A stretch of 31,539 nt of DNA from a virus (IMGVR_UViG_3300009941_000125:1-31539), one strand, 5' to 3'. Shown: positions 1 to 9,838, counted from the stretch's first letter. Translations and numbers: made by a program. The notes: generated from the letters alone by a model not told the origin.

Positions 1-138
1 AACTTCATTTTTCCATAAAGTTTTTATTTTCTGCAAGTTGTAGTTTTCTGTAATTCTTAATGACTGTAGATGACCAACTTCATGACCCGCAAAAAGAACA
101 ACCGCATTTGTAGAACTAATAACGTATTTTTGTCTCAT
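1..138 (-). CDS. Third tail tube-like paralogue, N-terminal 46 aa (runs off the left edge; not in ORF track)
   Basis: Manual translation from ATG at 138 (ATGA overlap with upstream stop): MRQKYVISSTNAVVLFAGHEVGHLQSLRITENYNLQKIKTLWKNEV. Aligns with tube N-termini (AEITFFGETVGEIQDFTLDENFNVQRV). Confidence 0.7.
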   Translation of the reverse strand, partial: MRQKYVISSTNAVVLFAGHEVGHLQSLRITENYNLQKIKTLWKNEV

Positions 139-758
139 AATCTCTGCCTAAATTTAATTGTTAAATCTTCCATAACGATAATATTACTGTTATTTACAGT
201 CAATCTTCTTCCATCAATTATACAGTCTTTATAAATATTAATAATCTCTCTACTAGTTGTGCTTTTAGTTCCTGAAGAATTTAAGACTAATTTATAAATC
301 TTAATATCAAAATAAACTACACTTGTTACTCTTTCGTTATCCGAAGGATATTTTAGGGAATTAGCAGCTAATCCTGTCAGCAAGGAGTTAGATATTAAAG
401 AATTAACGGAACCTGAAACTCCTTGCGTTTTTGTTTTATCAATAAAATTAGAATATTGGGTTAGCGCGTTTCTAACAGCAGGTAAAAATTCTTCAATTGT
501 ACCTGTGCCCCAAGGTTGGAATTTAGTAAAGAAGAAAGATGCTACTTCATTTAAATCAATAAATGCTTTTTTAGCACTAATAGAACCTTTATATAATCCA
601 GGGACAAAATCAGGAATTGGAGAACCGATCCCATAAACGTCAACGCTTCCAAAAGATTCGGTTATCCCTACATCCTGTAATGCTCCTATTGGAGTACCAT
701 CGAATTCTATTTCTATATTTAACGCAGAAGTGGCTGCGTCAAACCCTATTTGTGCCAT
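135..758 (-). CDS. Tail tube-like protein (paralogue 2), 207 aa
   Basis: Clear paralogue of 769..1332 (MAQI start, GxP, PGxY, AxxAFI, C-terminal NIIVMEDLTIKF); lies downstream of the sheath. Confidence 0.75.
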   Translation of the reverse strand: MAQIGFDAATSALNIEIEFDGTPIGALQDVGITESFGSVDVYGIGSPIPDFVPGLYKGSISAKKAFIDLNEVASFFFTKFQPWGTGTIEEFLPAVRNALTQYSNFIDKTKTQGVSGSVNSLISNSLLTGLAANSLKYPSDNERVTSVVYFDIKIYKLVLNSSGTKSTTSREIINIYKDCIIDGRRLTVNNSNIIVMEDLTIKFRQRL

Positions 759-768
759 TTAAGTTCCT

Positions 769-1332
769 TTATGTGCTGGTTGTTTGATTATTATATATCG
801 TTCTTGAGCGTGGGAAGACTGTTGCATTTTCAAAAATAATGACATTGGCAGAAGTAATATTAGTACTCCTACTGTTCATTGTACAATCATTTAACGTATA
901 TAGAATATCAGTTTGTTCTGCGCCGGCTTCGTCTAATCTTCGCTGTTTAATTTCAATATCAAAATTCAATGCGACGCCAAAAACACCTTTTGCAAGAGTG
1001 GTGCCTTGTAGTGCCTTGATTAAATTTTCAGGCGTAAACATCAAAGTATTACCAATTGACGCGTTAGCTGCTCCATCAATTTTAGAAGCATCAACTGTTG
1101 TCATTAAGGAGAAAACTTTACTTGCTTCAATGAAAGCTCTTCGAGCGGAAACTGTAGCTTGATAGATTCCCGGCAAATGCCGAATATCTACTGGTGAACC
1201 AATTGCCATTACTCGCTGAACATTAAAATTTTCATCAAGCGTAAAGTCTTGAATTTCACCAACAGTTTCACCAAAAAAGGTAATTTCTGCTGATATGGAT
1301 GTCCATGTTGGTTCGTAACTAATTTGAGCCAT
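769..1332 (-). CDS. Tail tube protein, 187 aa
   Basis: Directly after the sheath gene; tube-type pattern GEIQDFTLDENFNVQRVMAIGSP...PG...TLNDC...STNITSANVIIFENAT; strong AAAGGAGG RBS. Confidence 0.8.
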   Translation of the reverse strand: MAQISYEPTWTSISAEITFFGETVGEIQDFTLDENFNVQRVMAIGSPVDIRHLPGIYQATVSARRAFIEASKVFSLMTTVDASKIDGAANASIGNTLMFTPENLIKALQGTTLAKGVFGVALNFDIEIKQRRLDEAGAEQTDILYTLNDCTMNSRSTNITSANVIIFENATVFPRSRTIYNNQTTST

Positions 1333-1370
1333 TCTATTCTAACCTCCTTTAAGGTATCTGTTTATTTTTC

Positions 1371-2783
1371 TTACTGGATAATTGGAACAAGTTTTGTTGT
1401 AATAAAGATATAATTAATTGGAGAAATTGGAGCAACTTCATAATTAACATAAACAATTTGAGGATTACTTGTATCCCTCTTAACAATAACGTTTCTAAAA
1501 TCTTGAATAATTTCTGCTTCTCTTAATCTAACTAAAATTGATGTTGTTGAGCTCTGAATAGATGCTTCAATTCCAGTAACACCCTTTTTACCAATATACA
1601 TTGCTTCTAAATTATTTCTCATGTTATAGTTGATATAATCAGCAATTCTTCTTATAGAAATCTCCTTAAAGGGATTTTCAGTTGTAGTTGATAGATCTTG
1701 AGCTGTTGTTATTCCTCGAATAATTCTGCGTCCTTGAGGAACTTCTTCAACTGCACAAACACCATATGTAATTAAATCATCTTTTTCTGAATCAGTAAAT
1801 TTCATCTCGATAGATGTAGCACTTAATGTTTGATGCGTTATTGAAGTAGCAACATCAACTCCTGCTAACATACCTAATATTCTTGCAGCAGTATAACAAG
1901 CATCTTCATCATTTAATCCTGGAGAAGCAAGTACCATTCTATCACTATTTAAATCATAAGCTCTTTTAATAATCCCTGTGCTTGTGTCCCCTACTGATTC
2001 TCCTTTAGGACCACCAACAATACCTATTCTTTCTTTTCTATTATTCGACATTGTTGTACAATGAGCACTTAAATAAGCATGTTGTGTTGCACTTGTACAT
2101 CCTGCTAAATGCATCATATTTACTTCATATGTTTTATATAAATCAATAGCTGTAGACCATTCAGTCGCATCAGGGGTAGCATCATCAAAACCCCCTGTAA
2201 GATTGGTATAGGCAACATTAACTGGACGTGCTGTAGGTTTTACAGCAGTCATTGCTACTAAGCCTGCGGCATAATTTGCATCCCAATAAGCTTTAATTGC
2301 TGTAGCATCTGTTAATTCATCCCCTGTTTCAGTTATTGTTTCACCCGTTTCATCATTATAATATTGAACTGTAACTTTACATTTTGCTGGACCGCCAACT
2401 GTTGCATCTTCAACTTTTACTTTAATATCATCGCCCCAAACACCATAATCTTGAGCTGTAACTGTTAAAGTATTAGCAGCTACTGCATCAACAAAAGTAC
2501 CTGCAGATTGAAGCGGCGTTCCGGCCCTTGTCAAATAAATTTGATTAGCTCCTTGTGCCCATGCGTAATTTGCGGCATCAATTAATGCACCACCTCTATA
2601 TGTATCTTGGGCAGTTACTGGATCTGTAAATAACGTTACTTCGTCAGATTCGCCCCCTGTGGCAGGACCGATAATTGCGCAAACCCCTCCTGTTCCTAAA
2701 CCTATTGCCACCAACGATGTTGGATCTGTATAGGAATAAGCTCCCGGTTGTTTATATGCTCTTCCTTGAAATGTTGGACTCAT
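1371..2783 (-). CDS. Contractile tail sheath protein, 470 aa
   Basis: N-terminal PGAYS...AIIGPATGG and C-terminal GVCAVE...IIRGITT...EISIRRIADYI...VNYEVAPISPINYIFIT are typical of phage sheath proteins. Confidence 0.92.
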   Translation of the reverse strand: MSPTFQGRAYKQPGAYSYTDPTSLVAIGLGTGGVCAIIGPATGGESDEVTLFTDPVTAQDTYRGGALIDAANYAWAQGANQIYLTRAGTPLQSAGTFVDAVAANTLTVTAQDYGVWGDDIKVKVEDATVGGPAKCKVTVQYYNDETGETITETGDELTDATAIKAYWDANYAAGLVAMTAVKPTARPVNVAYTNLTGGFDDATPDATEWSTAIDLYKTYEVNMMHLAGCTSATQHAYLSAHCTTMSNNRKERIGIVGGPKGESVGDTSTGIIKRAYDLNSDRMVLASPGLNDEDACYTAARILGMLAGVDVATSITHQTLSATSIEMKFTDSEKDDLITYGVCAVEEVPQGRRIIRGITTAQDLSTTTENPFKEISIRRIADYINYNMRNNLEAMYIGKKGVTGIEASIQSSTTSILVRLREAEIIQDFRNVIVKRDTSNPQIVYVNYEVAPISPINYIFITTKLVPIIQ

Positions 2784-2801
2784 CTAAATTCTTACCTCCT
2801 T

Positions 2802-3050
2802 TTAGCTTTTCAGCATTTCCTTATATAATTTTTCCCATTCTTCTTTTGGCTTTTCTTCCATATCATGTTTTACATTAGAATAAACCTTTAAAGCAGCCGC
2901 CCATTCTGGAGATAACTTCATTTTAAATTCAGCAAAATTCATGCTTGGTTTAATTATTGGCTTTTGAGGCTGTTCTAATTTTTTAGGCTGTTCTATTTTT
3001 TTAACTATACTTTCTTTTTTATCTGATTCTTTTTTGAGTTGCTCTGGCAT
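2802..3050 (-). CDS. Small hypothetical protein preceding the sheath, 82 aa
   Basis: Fills the gap with an AGGAGG RBS; small genes at this position are common in myophages. Confidence 0.7.
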   Translation of the reverse strand: MPEQLKKESDKKESIVKKIEQPKKLEQPQKPIIKPSMNFAEFKMKLSPEWAAALKVYSNVKHDMEEKPKEEWEKLYKEMLKS

Positions 3051-3065
3051 TTAACTTAACCTCCT

Positions 3066-3611
3066 TTAGTTTGAAATAGATGAACTGTATAAATTCAATA
3101 CTGGTATAATACCTTCTACCAATTGATCTGTACTTTCCCTCTTAACTTTACTCATAATTACATATCGCAAAACTCCACGATAAATAACTGCAGGGATTTT
3201 AGACATATCTATTTCTTCGTCTGTTGCCCCTACTAAAATAACTTTTTGAAACCCAACAGAATTGTAATACATTCTTTTTTCAAACATAAGTTGTCTTGTT
3301 AAAATTAACAAATCATCTCTTATCTCAGACACTAACGACCAAATACTTAATTCAAAAATTTCTTGGTTTAAATATCCACTCGTTGTTGCAAAACTACTAT
3401 CAGTTGAGTTCACAGTTTCATTTCCAATTAAATCTTGAACCATCATTATTTCTTCTGCACCGCTTACTCTTGAGATAGAAATAATAGGTTTTTCCTCTAA
3501 TTGCTGAACTGTTTTGGGGTATTCTCTAAGAATTTTTATATCAACTTCATTTTCAGTAAATTGTTCTCTTAAAGTTTTCCATAAAATATATTTAACGTCT
3601 AATAGTGCCAT
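3066..3611 (-). CDS. Probable tail terminator/completion protein, 181 aa
   Basis: Position just upstream of the sheath; alpha/beta pattern (REYP...PIISISR...FELSIWS...RDDLLILTR) resembling lambda gpU/SPP1 gp17 folds. Confidence 0.6.
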   Translation of the reverse strand: MALLDVKYILWKTLREQFTENEVDIKILREYPKTVQQLEEKPIISISRVSGAEEIMMVQDLIGNETVNSTDSSFATTSGYLNQEIFELSIWSLVSEIRDDLLILTRQLMFEKRMYYNSVGFQKVILVGATDEEIDMSKIPAVIYRGVLRYVIMSKVKRESTDQLVEGIIPVLNLYSSSISN

Positions 3612-3613
3612 AT

Positions 3614-4141
3614 TTATTCCTCATCGAATAATTCTTTTATTGAATTTTGAACCTTTTTAACAATATTTGGAAGAACTTCATCTATTCCTTGTTTAAAAAA
3701 TAACTTTCCAGTATACCCTGGATGTCTCCATCGACTGGCATATCCTCTTGAACCTGTATTTTTTTCTGATATAGTCATAACATTTCCATTAATAGGAACT
3801 CTAATATATCGATAACCTTCTTTAGAAGTTTTAGCTTTAGGACTACCTAATAATCCTTTTTTCATATCAAATGGACTATAACCATCTTCTAAATATGCAG
3901 CATATGGAGCCTCTGTTGAATCAACAAATATTTTTGCATGAAGCATTCCTCTCATTTCATATTTAACAGAATTAGCTAATTTACCACTTTTACTTCTTAT
4001 TCCAACTGCTGGAATCATTGCTTTTATTGAAGCAACAATATCTTTAGCACCTTGTTCAACTTCCTTTGAAATATCAGCGAGTTCATCAATAGAAAAATTA
4101 TTAAATCGTGCCCATAAATCGCTTGAAGCTTTCTTTTTCAT
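3614..4141 (-). CDS. Probable neck/tail-completion protein (HK97 gp10-like), 175 aa
   Basis: SGKLANSVKY...APYAAYLEDG...RWRHPG...LFFKQGI pattern matches HK97 gp10/virion morphogenesis proteins; neck position. Confidence 0.6.
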   Translation of the reverse strand: MKKKASSDLWARFNNFSIDELADISKEVEQGAKDIVASIKAMIPAVGIRSKSGKLANSVKYEMRGMLHAKIFVDSTEAPYAAYLEDGYSPFDMKKGLLGSPKAKTSKEGYRYIRVPINGNVMTISEKNTGSRGYASRWRHPGYTGKLFFKQGIDEVLPNIVKKVQNSIKELFDEE

Positions 4142-4932
4142 TATGTAACACCTTGAATTAAATCAGTTATAGTTTCATCTTCTTTAATTTTTCTAATATG
4201 CACCTTGTGGGCCAAATATTCATTAGCTAATTGAATAGTTTCTGGCTTTGATAAAACTCTCCAAACTTGATTTTGGACTCCATCATTTATAACAATTATA
4301 TCTCTTATATATAGATGATCGTCTCCATAACCTTTCGCTACAATCTTATATAGAGATGTAGTTGTAAAAATAGCATCTCCCATTTCAAAAAATCCTATTT
4401 TACTTAATGGACTTTCATAATTAGGAATATGTAATAATCCTCTAATAACAGTTCCAGCAGTAGTATCATAAATGACTCCTCTACCTTGACATAAAGGACA
4501 ATCATATCTAGGATTTCCTGTTTCTGGATTAATACATGGTTGAGACCAAGAATAAGTAACTAAAATAGTCGCCCCTCTGGGAATGCTACTTAAATCATTT
4601 CTAATGATTTCTCCTAATTCATAATTAACTGTATAATCATCTGAAGAACCTTCAGTATATGTAATAGTTCCATCTGCGCTTTTAACTGTAACAGATCCAG
4701 AAACAACAGTAGTATCACTCGCTTCCCAATCTGTAGTTCTACCAATCATAGATTCACGACCTTTTAACGTACAATAATCATCAACATAAGTAGTTCTAGG
4801 TTCTAATTCACAAGATTCATTAGTGACAGATTTTCTATATCCAGGGCAAATAGTTGCTGGATACCAAGTTCCATCAACCCCGCCTCTATCAATTTGTCTT
4901 TTTACAATTTGTATTCTTTGCCCAAGACCCAT
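4141..4932 (-). CDS. Probable head-closure (stopper) neck protein with Cys cluster, 263 aa
   Basis: W..A.ICP...PC...CPLCQGRG motif and C-terminal GFFEMGDA..T...RD.I, as in neck proteins of large myophages. A ~70 aa beta-rich insert (TVVSGSVTV...YTVNYELGEI...ILVTYS) splits the Cys cluster. Confidence 0.6.
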   Translation of the reverse strand: MGLGQRIQIVKRQIDRGGVDGTWYPATICPGYRKSVTNESCELEPRTTYVDDYCTLKGRESMIGRTTDWEASDTTVVSGSVTVKSADGTITYTEGSSDDYTVNYELGEIIRNDLSSIPRGATILVTYSWSQPCINPETGNPRYDCPLCQGRGVIYDTTAGTVIRGLLHIPNYESPLSKIGFFEMGDAIFTTTSLYKIVAKGYGDDHLYIRDIIVINDGVQNQVWRVLSKPETIQLANEYLAHKVHIRKIKEDETITDLIQGVT

Positions 4933-7034
4933 TACTCACTCCTCAATTTTCCAAAAGCCTCTTTGACATCTTTTCCAACAACGGGCTTATTAAAAATATT
5001 GTAATCTCCTGAAGGATCAATATCTATAACTCCATTAGCAGGAGTTTTTCTTACCCAATCAGCAGCTCCCTTTATGTTATGCGCAGATGCTATTCTTCTA
5101 GCACTTCCACTACCTAAACTCATTACTGATCCCCAATTAGCTCCTCTTAATTTCTTAGAAGCTCCTCCGGGGGTTTGAGTATAAGCTGTAATAGGCATCA
5201 TATTTTTTCTTGAATCATTATTAATTAAACCCATTGTAGTTGTATAAAAATCTTTATCTAAAGTTTTATCTTTAGAAACCCATTTATTTAATAAATCAAG
5301 CTCATCCATATGTACGTCTACAGCATTTTCTTTATATTTACTATCTGCAAGTTTCTCTAATCCACCGCGTCTTGCGCTTTGTACTGCTTGATCTCTGTTT
5401 AATACGTTAAGTACTTCGTTGAAATAGTTTTTAAAGTTTGCATTTGTTAATTTATTCTCTTTTAATGTAGCTTGAGGAGAAAGGATTTTTAACCTTCCAT
5501 CTTTTATATAATTATTTAATTTATCTTTATATACCTTTTGATCAGGAGAAAGTTCTGCATCTCGTGCATATAACACTGAAAATGCTCCACCTACAGGATC
5601 AATAACAACTGCTTTGTAAGTATCATTAGGGTTTCCTTCTAATGATGCAAGAATGTTGCCTTCCATCATTTGAGTTTTTCCTTTACCTTTATCTGCATAC
5701 ACCATTCTAGAAACAGCACCAATATTACTTCCATCTAATGCTTCGAGTCTAGGAGAACCATCTGGATTAATTCCAACAGTTCTATAAGAAATAGAAGAGC
5801 CATCTTTTGTTTTATTTGCAATTGAATTAGCTGCATCAATAGCTGTTGTTTTCATTGGAGTGAATATATCATAGCCATTAACATTAGAAAATCTAACTTT
5901 AGCTGCTGGTTTATTTCCAATAATATCTCTAGATACAGAATAATGTAAATTAACGCCTTCTTTTTGAGCTGCTTTTTTAAGCTTATCAAGATTTTGATCT
6001 ATATTTTTTGTAAAAGAAATACTACCAGTTTTTGGATCAAGTCTATATCCGCCTGTTATTCCAATATTTTTCATTGCACTTTTAATAGTATTAGAAGTTG
6101 CTGCATAATATTGATCTAAAGATTTAAATTGAGATCTCATTTTAGGATTAATATTATCTTTTCTATCTTGATTAATTAAATAAAGCAAATAACTAGCAGA
6201 AGCCTTTTTATTTAAGTTTTGAATTTCAGGAGTTATATTTAAATTTTTAGCCTTAATTGTTTCAGTAGTAACATTGCTTTCTTTAGATGTAGCTTTTATG
6301 ATAGCATCTTGATATTTTTTTGCATTTTCTTTCTCTTTTTCTTTGCTTCTTACGTCTAAAAGAACATCTAATCTACGCTTAATACTATTAATAACTGATC
6401 CAGATTGAACACTTCCTGGCTTTTGAGCTTCGTCTAATAATGCTTGTGCTTCTCCAACACTTTGTAAAGAATTAATGTTTTCTTTACTATATTTATGTTT
6501 TGTTTTTACTTTTTCCCAAGGAGAAGTTTTTGTTACCTCATGAAACCTTTCTAATAAGCCTTGTAATTCATTAGCTTGTTTTAAAAGCTTTTCAGTTTGT
6601 TTAATATCATTAGCTTCTTTTGCCTGTCTAATTTTCTTACCAATAACACCAAAAGCATTTTTAATTTTATTAGAAACATTTTGAATAACATTTTGTTTAC
6701 CCTGTTTAGGCATTCCTTTAGCACTTTCTTTAGGAATTTTAGTTTTAGCTTCACTAGGAACCTTTTGGCCTTGTTGTTTTGTTTGATTTAAATCTTTTTT
6801 AGTCCCTAATTTACCATTAGGTAGTTTATACCAATATTTATAATTTCCAGGAGACCCAGTTCTCTTGACATATTTATGTGGTCTACTTCCGGCTTGCCGA
6901 GGCATACCACTAGATGAAGGCTTTCTAGAAGGAACTTTAACTTTTCCTGTTGGTATTCTAGGTTTTCCAGCGGCATAACTTATCGCTTTAGGAAATCCCT
7001 TATTTATGTTTGTGCTTTTAGGTAAATTAACCAT
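4932..7034 (-). CDS. Large basic hypothetical protein, 700 aa, possibly an internal/ejected head protein
   Basis: Uninterrupted ORF coupled on both sides by TAATG overlaps; very Lys-rich; N-terminal KS/KA motifs and HKYVKRTGSPGNYKYWY. Function not recognisable. Confidence 0.8.
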   Translation of the reverse strand: MVNLPKSTNINKGFPKAISYAAGKPRIPTGKVKVPSRKPSSSGMPRQAGSRPHKYVKRTGSPGNYKYWYKLPNGKLGTKKDLNQTKQQGQKVPSEAKTKIPKESAKGMPKQGKQNVIQNVSNKIKNAFGVIGKKIRQAKEANDIKQTEKLLKQANELQGLLERFHEVTKTSPWEKVKTKHKYSKENINSLQSVGEAQALLDEAQKPGSVQSGSVINSIKRRLDVLLDVRSKEKEKENAKKYQDAIIKATSKESNVTTETIKAKNLNITPEIQNLNKKASASYLLYLINQDRKDNINPKMRSQFKSLDQYYAATSNTIKSAMKNIGITGGYRLDPKTGSISFTKNIDQNLDKLKKAAQKEGVNLHYSVSRDIIGNKPAAKVRFSNVNGYDIFTPMKTTAIDAANSIANKTKDGSSISYRTVGINPDGSPRLEALDGSNIGAVSRMVYADKGKGKTQMMEGNILASLEGNPNDTYKAVVIDPVGGAFSVLYARDAELSPDQKVYKDKLNNYIKDGRLKILSPQATLKENKLTNANFKNYFNEVLNVLNRDQAVQSARRGGLEKLADSKYKENAVDVHMDELDLLNKWVSKDKTLDKDFYTTTMGLINNDSRKNMMPITAYTQTPGGASKKLRGANWGSVMSLGSGSARRIASAHNIKGAADWVRKTPANGVIDIDPSGDYNIFNKPVVGKDVKEAFGKLRSE

Positions 7035-7708
7035 TAAACAGCCCTCGCGTAAACCCGTTTGAATTTTGTAGTAACTTGATCAATATCTTTTTGCCAAGAA
7101 TTAATTAATCCTTCATACGGTAGTTTTCCAAAAGCTTCACTATAACCATCAATGCTTCTACTTGTCATGCCGGCGCTCATTTGCGCTCCATATGTTTTTA
7201 ATAGTTCTATAGAAACCCATTTTGTTGCAGCATATTGTATTTCCATTGGAGGTTCTGCAAAACCATAATCATAATCAACTTCTACGTTATAAATTCCAGG
7301 AATAAATATGTTTCCAAATATTGCTTGAAAGGGTTTGTCAGTAAGAAATGCAGGATAAATTGGGGGCAAAGCTATTTCCCCTCTTTCAGGATAAATTATT
7401 AATTCTGTATCTAAAAATACTCGCATTGCTTGTAAGAGTTGATTATACATAATAACCCTATTAATTCTAACAATAGGAAAAAAGTGAGTATTTAATAGAT
7501 TTTTACCATTACCGTTATGAAATTCTACTACACCACTATGTAATTTAAAATCCCTTTGGCACTCATTATCAAAATAAGCATCGCAAAACTTTAATAAAGT
7601 TTCATTTATTTTAGTAACTGTTACTAATTCATCTAATCCGAAACCATTTAAAAAGTCTCGAACTAAAGCATAAGATGTATAATGTGATGTGCTAATAATT
7701 TCTGTCAT
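7034..7708 (-). CDS. Head-tail adaptor protein, 224 aa
   Basis: CDAYFDNECQRDF...HNGNG...FPI...NVEVDYDYGF..PPMEIQYAA...SIDGYSE is typical of SPP1 gp15/HK97 gp6-like adaptors with a beta insertion. Confidence 0.75.
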   Translation of the reverse strand: MTEIISTSHYTSYALVRDFLNGFGLDELVTVTKINETLLKFCDAYFDNECQRDFKLHSGVVEFHNGNGKNLLNTHFFPIVRINRVIMYNQLLQAMRVFLDTELIIYPERGEIALPPIYPAFLTDKPFQAIFGNIFIPGIYNVEVDYDYGFAEPPMEIQYAATKWVSIELLKTYGAQMSAGMTSRSIDGYSEAFGKLPYEGLINSWQKDIDQVTTKFKRVYARAV

Positions 7709-7717
7709 AGTTTTTCC

Positions 7718-8479
7718 TTATTTTATCCCACAGGTACAATTAGGATGTGCTGGTGGATACATTTGCCCTGAAGAGAAAGCTTTATCTATTGGGATTTTAC
7801 CTTGCTTAGCATTCTCTTTACACACTTTACATGAACCTTCTATTGAACAAGCTCTACATAAAACCCATTCTTTTTTTACTGAACCTACACTTTTAAGAAA
7901 ATCCAATATACTTTGATTTTGAGATTTAGTTAATTCAGTTTTGCTAATTCTTTCTGCCCTATAATAAGACATATCTTTAAAAAGTTGTTTAATTTCTACT
8001 CTTGTTTTTCTTAAACTCCACTTTTTCTCACGTGCCTTATATAACGTATTAGAGATTCTATCTAATGTATGTTTATTTATATTTCTAACAACCTCTTGCA
8101 GTTCTTTTTTTTGAGACTTAGTCAATTCTTCCATTCTTGGTTCTTTGAAAATTGATTTGATTAAATTATATTGCTTTAAATATGTCTTAGACACTTTGTC
8201 GTAGAAAATTTTATCATCAGGAATAAAATTACTTTTAACATACTTTTTTATAAAAGCCTTTGGTAAATACCCTTTCTTTTTCCATAATTTTTCAATAATA
8301 GCACTTTTTTTAAATGCTATTCTTTGATCATCAAAAGACCTTCTTAGTTTTAAATAAAAAGGAACAAATAATGGTTCCATTTGTTGATATCTATATGTTT
8401 TTTCAATTTTACTTGATATATAGTTCTCAAATGATATTATCTTTGGTAGACTTTTAATTATTTGCGGTAGTTTACTCAT
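7718..8479 (-). CDS. MuF-family (SPP1 gp7-like) minor head protein, 253 aa
   Basis: RAERISKTE...KKEW...C..C...PPAHPNCTC is the Phage_Mu_F signature. Confidence 0.88.
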   Translation of the reverse strand: MSKLPQIIKSLPKIISFENYISSKIEKTYRYQQMEPLFVPFYLKLRRSFDDQRIAFKKSAIIEKLWKKKGYLPKAFIKKYVKSNFIPDDKIFYDKVSKTYLKQYNLIKSIFKEPRMEELTKSQKKELQEVVRNINKHTLDRISNTLYKAREKKWSLRKTRVEIKQLFKDMSYYRAERISKTELTKSQNQSILDFLKSVGSVKKEWVLCRACSIEGSCKVCKENAKQGKIPIDKAFSSGQMYPPAHPNCTCGIK

Positions 8480-8808
8480 GCATTTTTAGCTAAATCTTCT
8501 AATTTCAATCCTTTATTTTTTTCTTTTTCTTCAGCTTCTGCTTTTTTCTTTTCTTCAAATTCTTTAGTTTTTATAGCAGCTTTAGCTTTTATTTCGCTTA
8601 CATGTTCTTCAACAGTCTTTTTAGGAATATCTTTTTCTTCAAGAACATCAATTATTTTATCTTGATAATTATCTAAAACATATTTTGCAACATCTTTAGG
8701 TAAATTTGAAGAATATTCACCTGCAGTAAATTCATAAATATCACACTTATCTTTATCATCTTTTCTAGGCCAATTTATCATAGCAGCCTTATTCAATTTA
8801 ATTTTCAT
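8476..8808 (-). CDS. Small hypothetical protein after the capsid gene, 110 aa
   Basis: AAGGAGGAG RBS; charged C-terminal tail; position typical of small head accessory genes. Confidence 0.75.
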   Translation of the reverse strand: MKIKLNKAAMINWPRKDDKDKCDIYEFTAGEYSSNLPKDVAKYVLDNYQDKIIDVLEEKDIPKKTVEEHVSEIKAKAAIKTKEFEEKKKAEAEEKEKNKGLKLEDLAKNA

Positions 8809-8832
8809 TTCTTAACTCCTCCTTAAACTTTT

Positions 8833-8861
8833 AGAAAAGGGGCTAGAATTACCCAGCCCCT
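8833..8861 (-). terminator. Intrinsic terminator after the major capsid gene
   Basis: Minus strand AGGGGCT-GGGTAATTCT-AGCCCCT-TTT: 7-bp GC-rich stem, extendable by GU pairs, followed by a short U run, a few nt after the capsid stop. Confidence 0.75.
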
Positions 8862-8867
8862 ATTTGG

Positions 8868-9788
8868 TTATGCACCGATATTTTCAATCAAAACAGCGGC
8901 ATCTGGATACTGGGCAGCAAAAGCAAGTCTTTCAGAAGCAACTACCAGTAATTGGTCAGAACGAATCAAAACTTCGTCTGAAGATTTAATTGTGAACATT
9001 CTGCGATCACCGATGATAGCAGCATTACGATTAATCATAAGAGCGACGGATTCGTTGCCAGCCATACCAAGGTTAGTTGGTAATAGGTTAGTAGCAACAA
9101 CAGGAACACCCCAAACTTTACCGATCTCACCAGGAAGAGCAGTGCCTGTCAAACCTAATGCATTAACAGCTAAGTTAATACCTAGTAATTGACGAAGTCT
9201 ATTTTCTTCACGAAGTGAAACAACTAGTAATAGTTCGGATTTGTCGCGGCCATATACGCCTAAGTTCTGAATGGAACTGGAAACATTTGCGAGAGTCAAA
9301 GCAGCACTGGCTGCATCAACAGAAGTACCCGTGGCAATAGTCCTTAGACCATTAAAAGCAAACTTTGGATCGTTTGCACCCCAAGCACCCGCAGTGTCAC
9401 CATTTAACATAACATCTTCTTCAGCTAAAGCAAAAGCCTTAGCCATATCGTCTCTTACAACCGGAACGATCGGTAGAATTGCATCTTCTTGCAACTCTGA
9501 ACTGATAGCCAAAGCAACCATAAGTTTTTTAGCAACCATCTCAACTGTACCAGTAGCCATAAGTGATTCTGGGGAAGAAATGGCTTCACCAACGTAATAA
9601 ACGTTGTTACCAGTTGTGAGTTTAGGAAATCTATATGTCTGCGAAGGCATAACAAATGAAGGAAGGAACTGACGTAGATAGCTCTTTTGACGAATATAAG
9701 GAATAATTTGATCAGCTAAGCGAGGGATGATAGTATCACCACCTGTACCTGCTGTCGTATTGAGAGCTTTTTCGAATGTAGTACTCAT
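8868..9788 (-). CDS. Major capsid protein (HK97 fold), 306 aa
   Basis: KALNT..G.GG..IP..AD.II...S.LR...P...YYVGE...KKL...ISSEL.ED...FALAEED..LNGD...FNGL...G.V.GVPVV...IGDRR...ER.AF; relatively GC-rich codons; follows the protease. Confidence 0.95.
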   Translation of the reverse strand: MSTTFEKALNTTAGTGGDTIIPRLADQIIPYIRQKSYLRQFLPSFVMPSQTYRFPKLTTGNNVYYVGEAISSPESLMATGTVEMVAKKLMVALAISSELQEDAILPIVPVVRDDMAKAFALAEEDVMLNGDTAGAWGANDPKFAFNGLRTIATGTSVDAASAALTLANVSSSIQNLGVYGRDKSELLLVVSLREENRLRQLLGINLAVNALGLTGTALPGEIGKVWGVPVVATNLLPTNLGMAGNESVALMINRNAAIIGDRRMFTIKSSDEVLIRSDQLLVVASERLAFAAQYPDAAVLIENIGA

Positions 9789-9838
9789 TTTATTTTCTAT
9801 CCACCTTTTTTCCCTAATTTACTGTTTATTTAATATTC

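Noticed and set aside
1-2783. Extracellular contractile injection system or tailocin (sheath plus multiple tubes)
   Set aside because: Portal, protease, capsid and neck genes are present in the same operon, indicating a headed phage.
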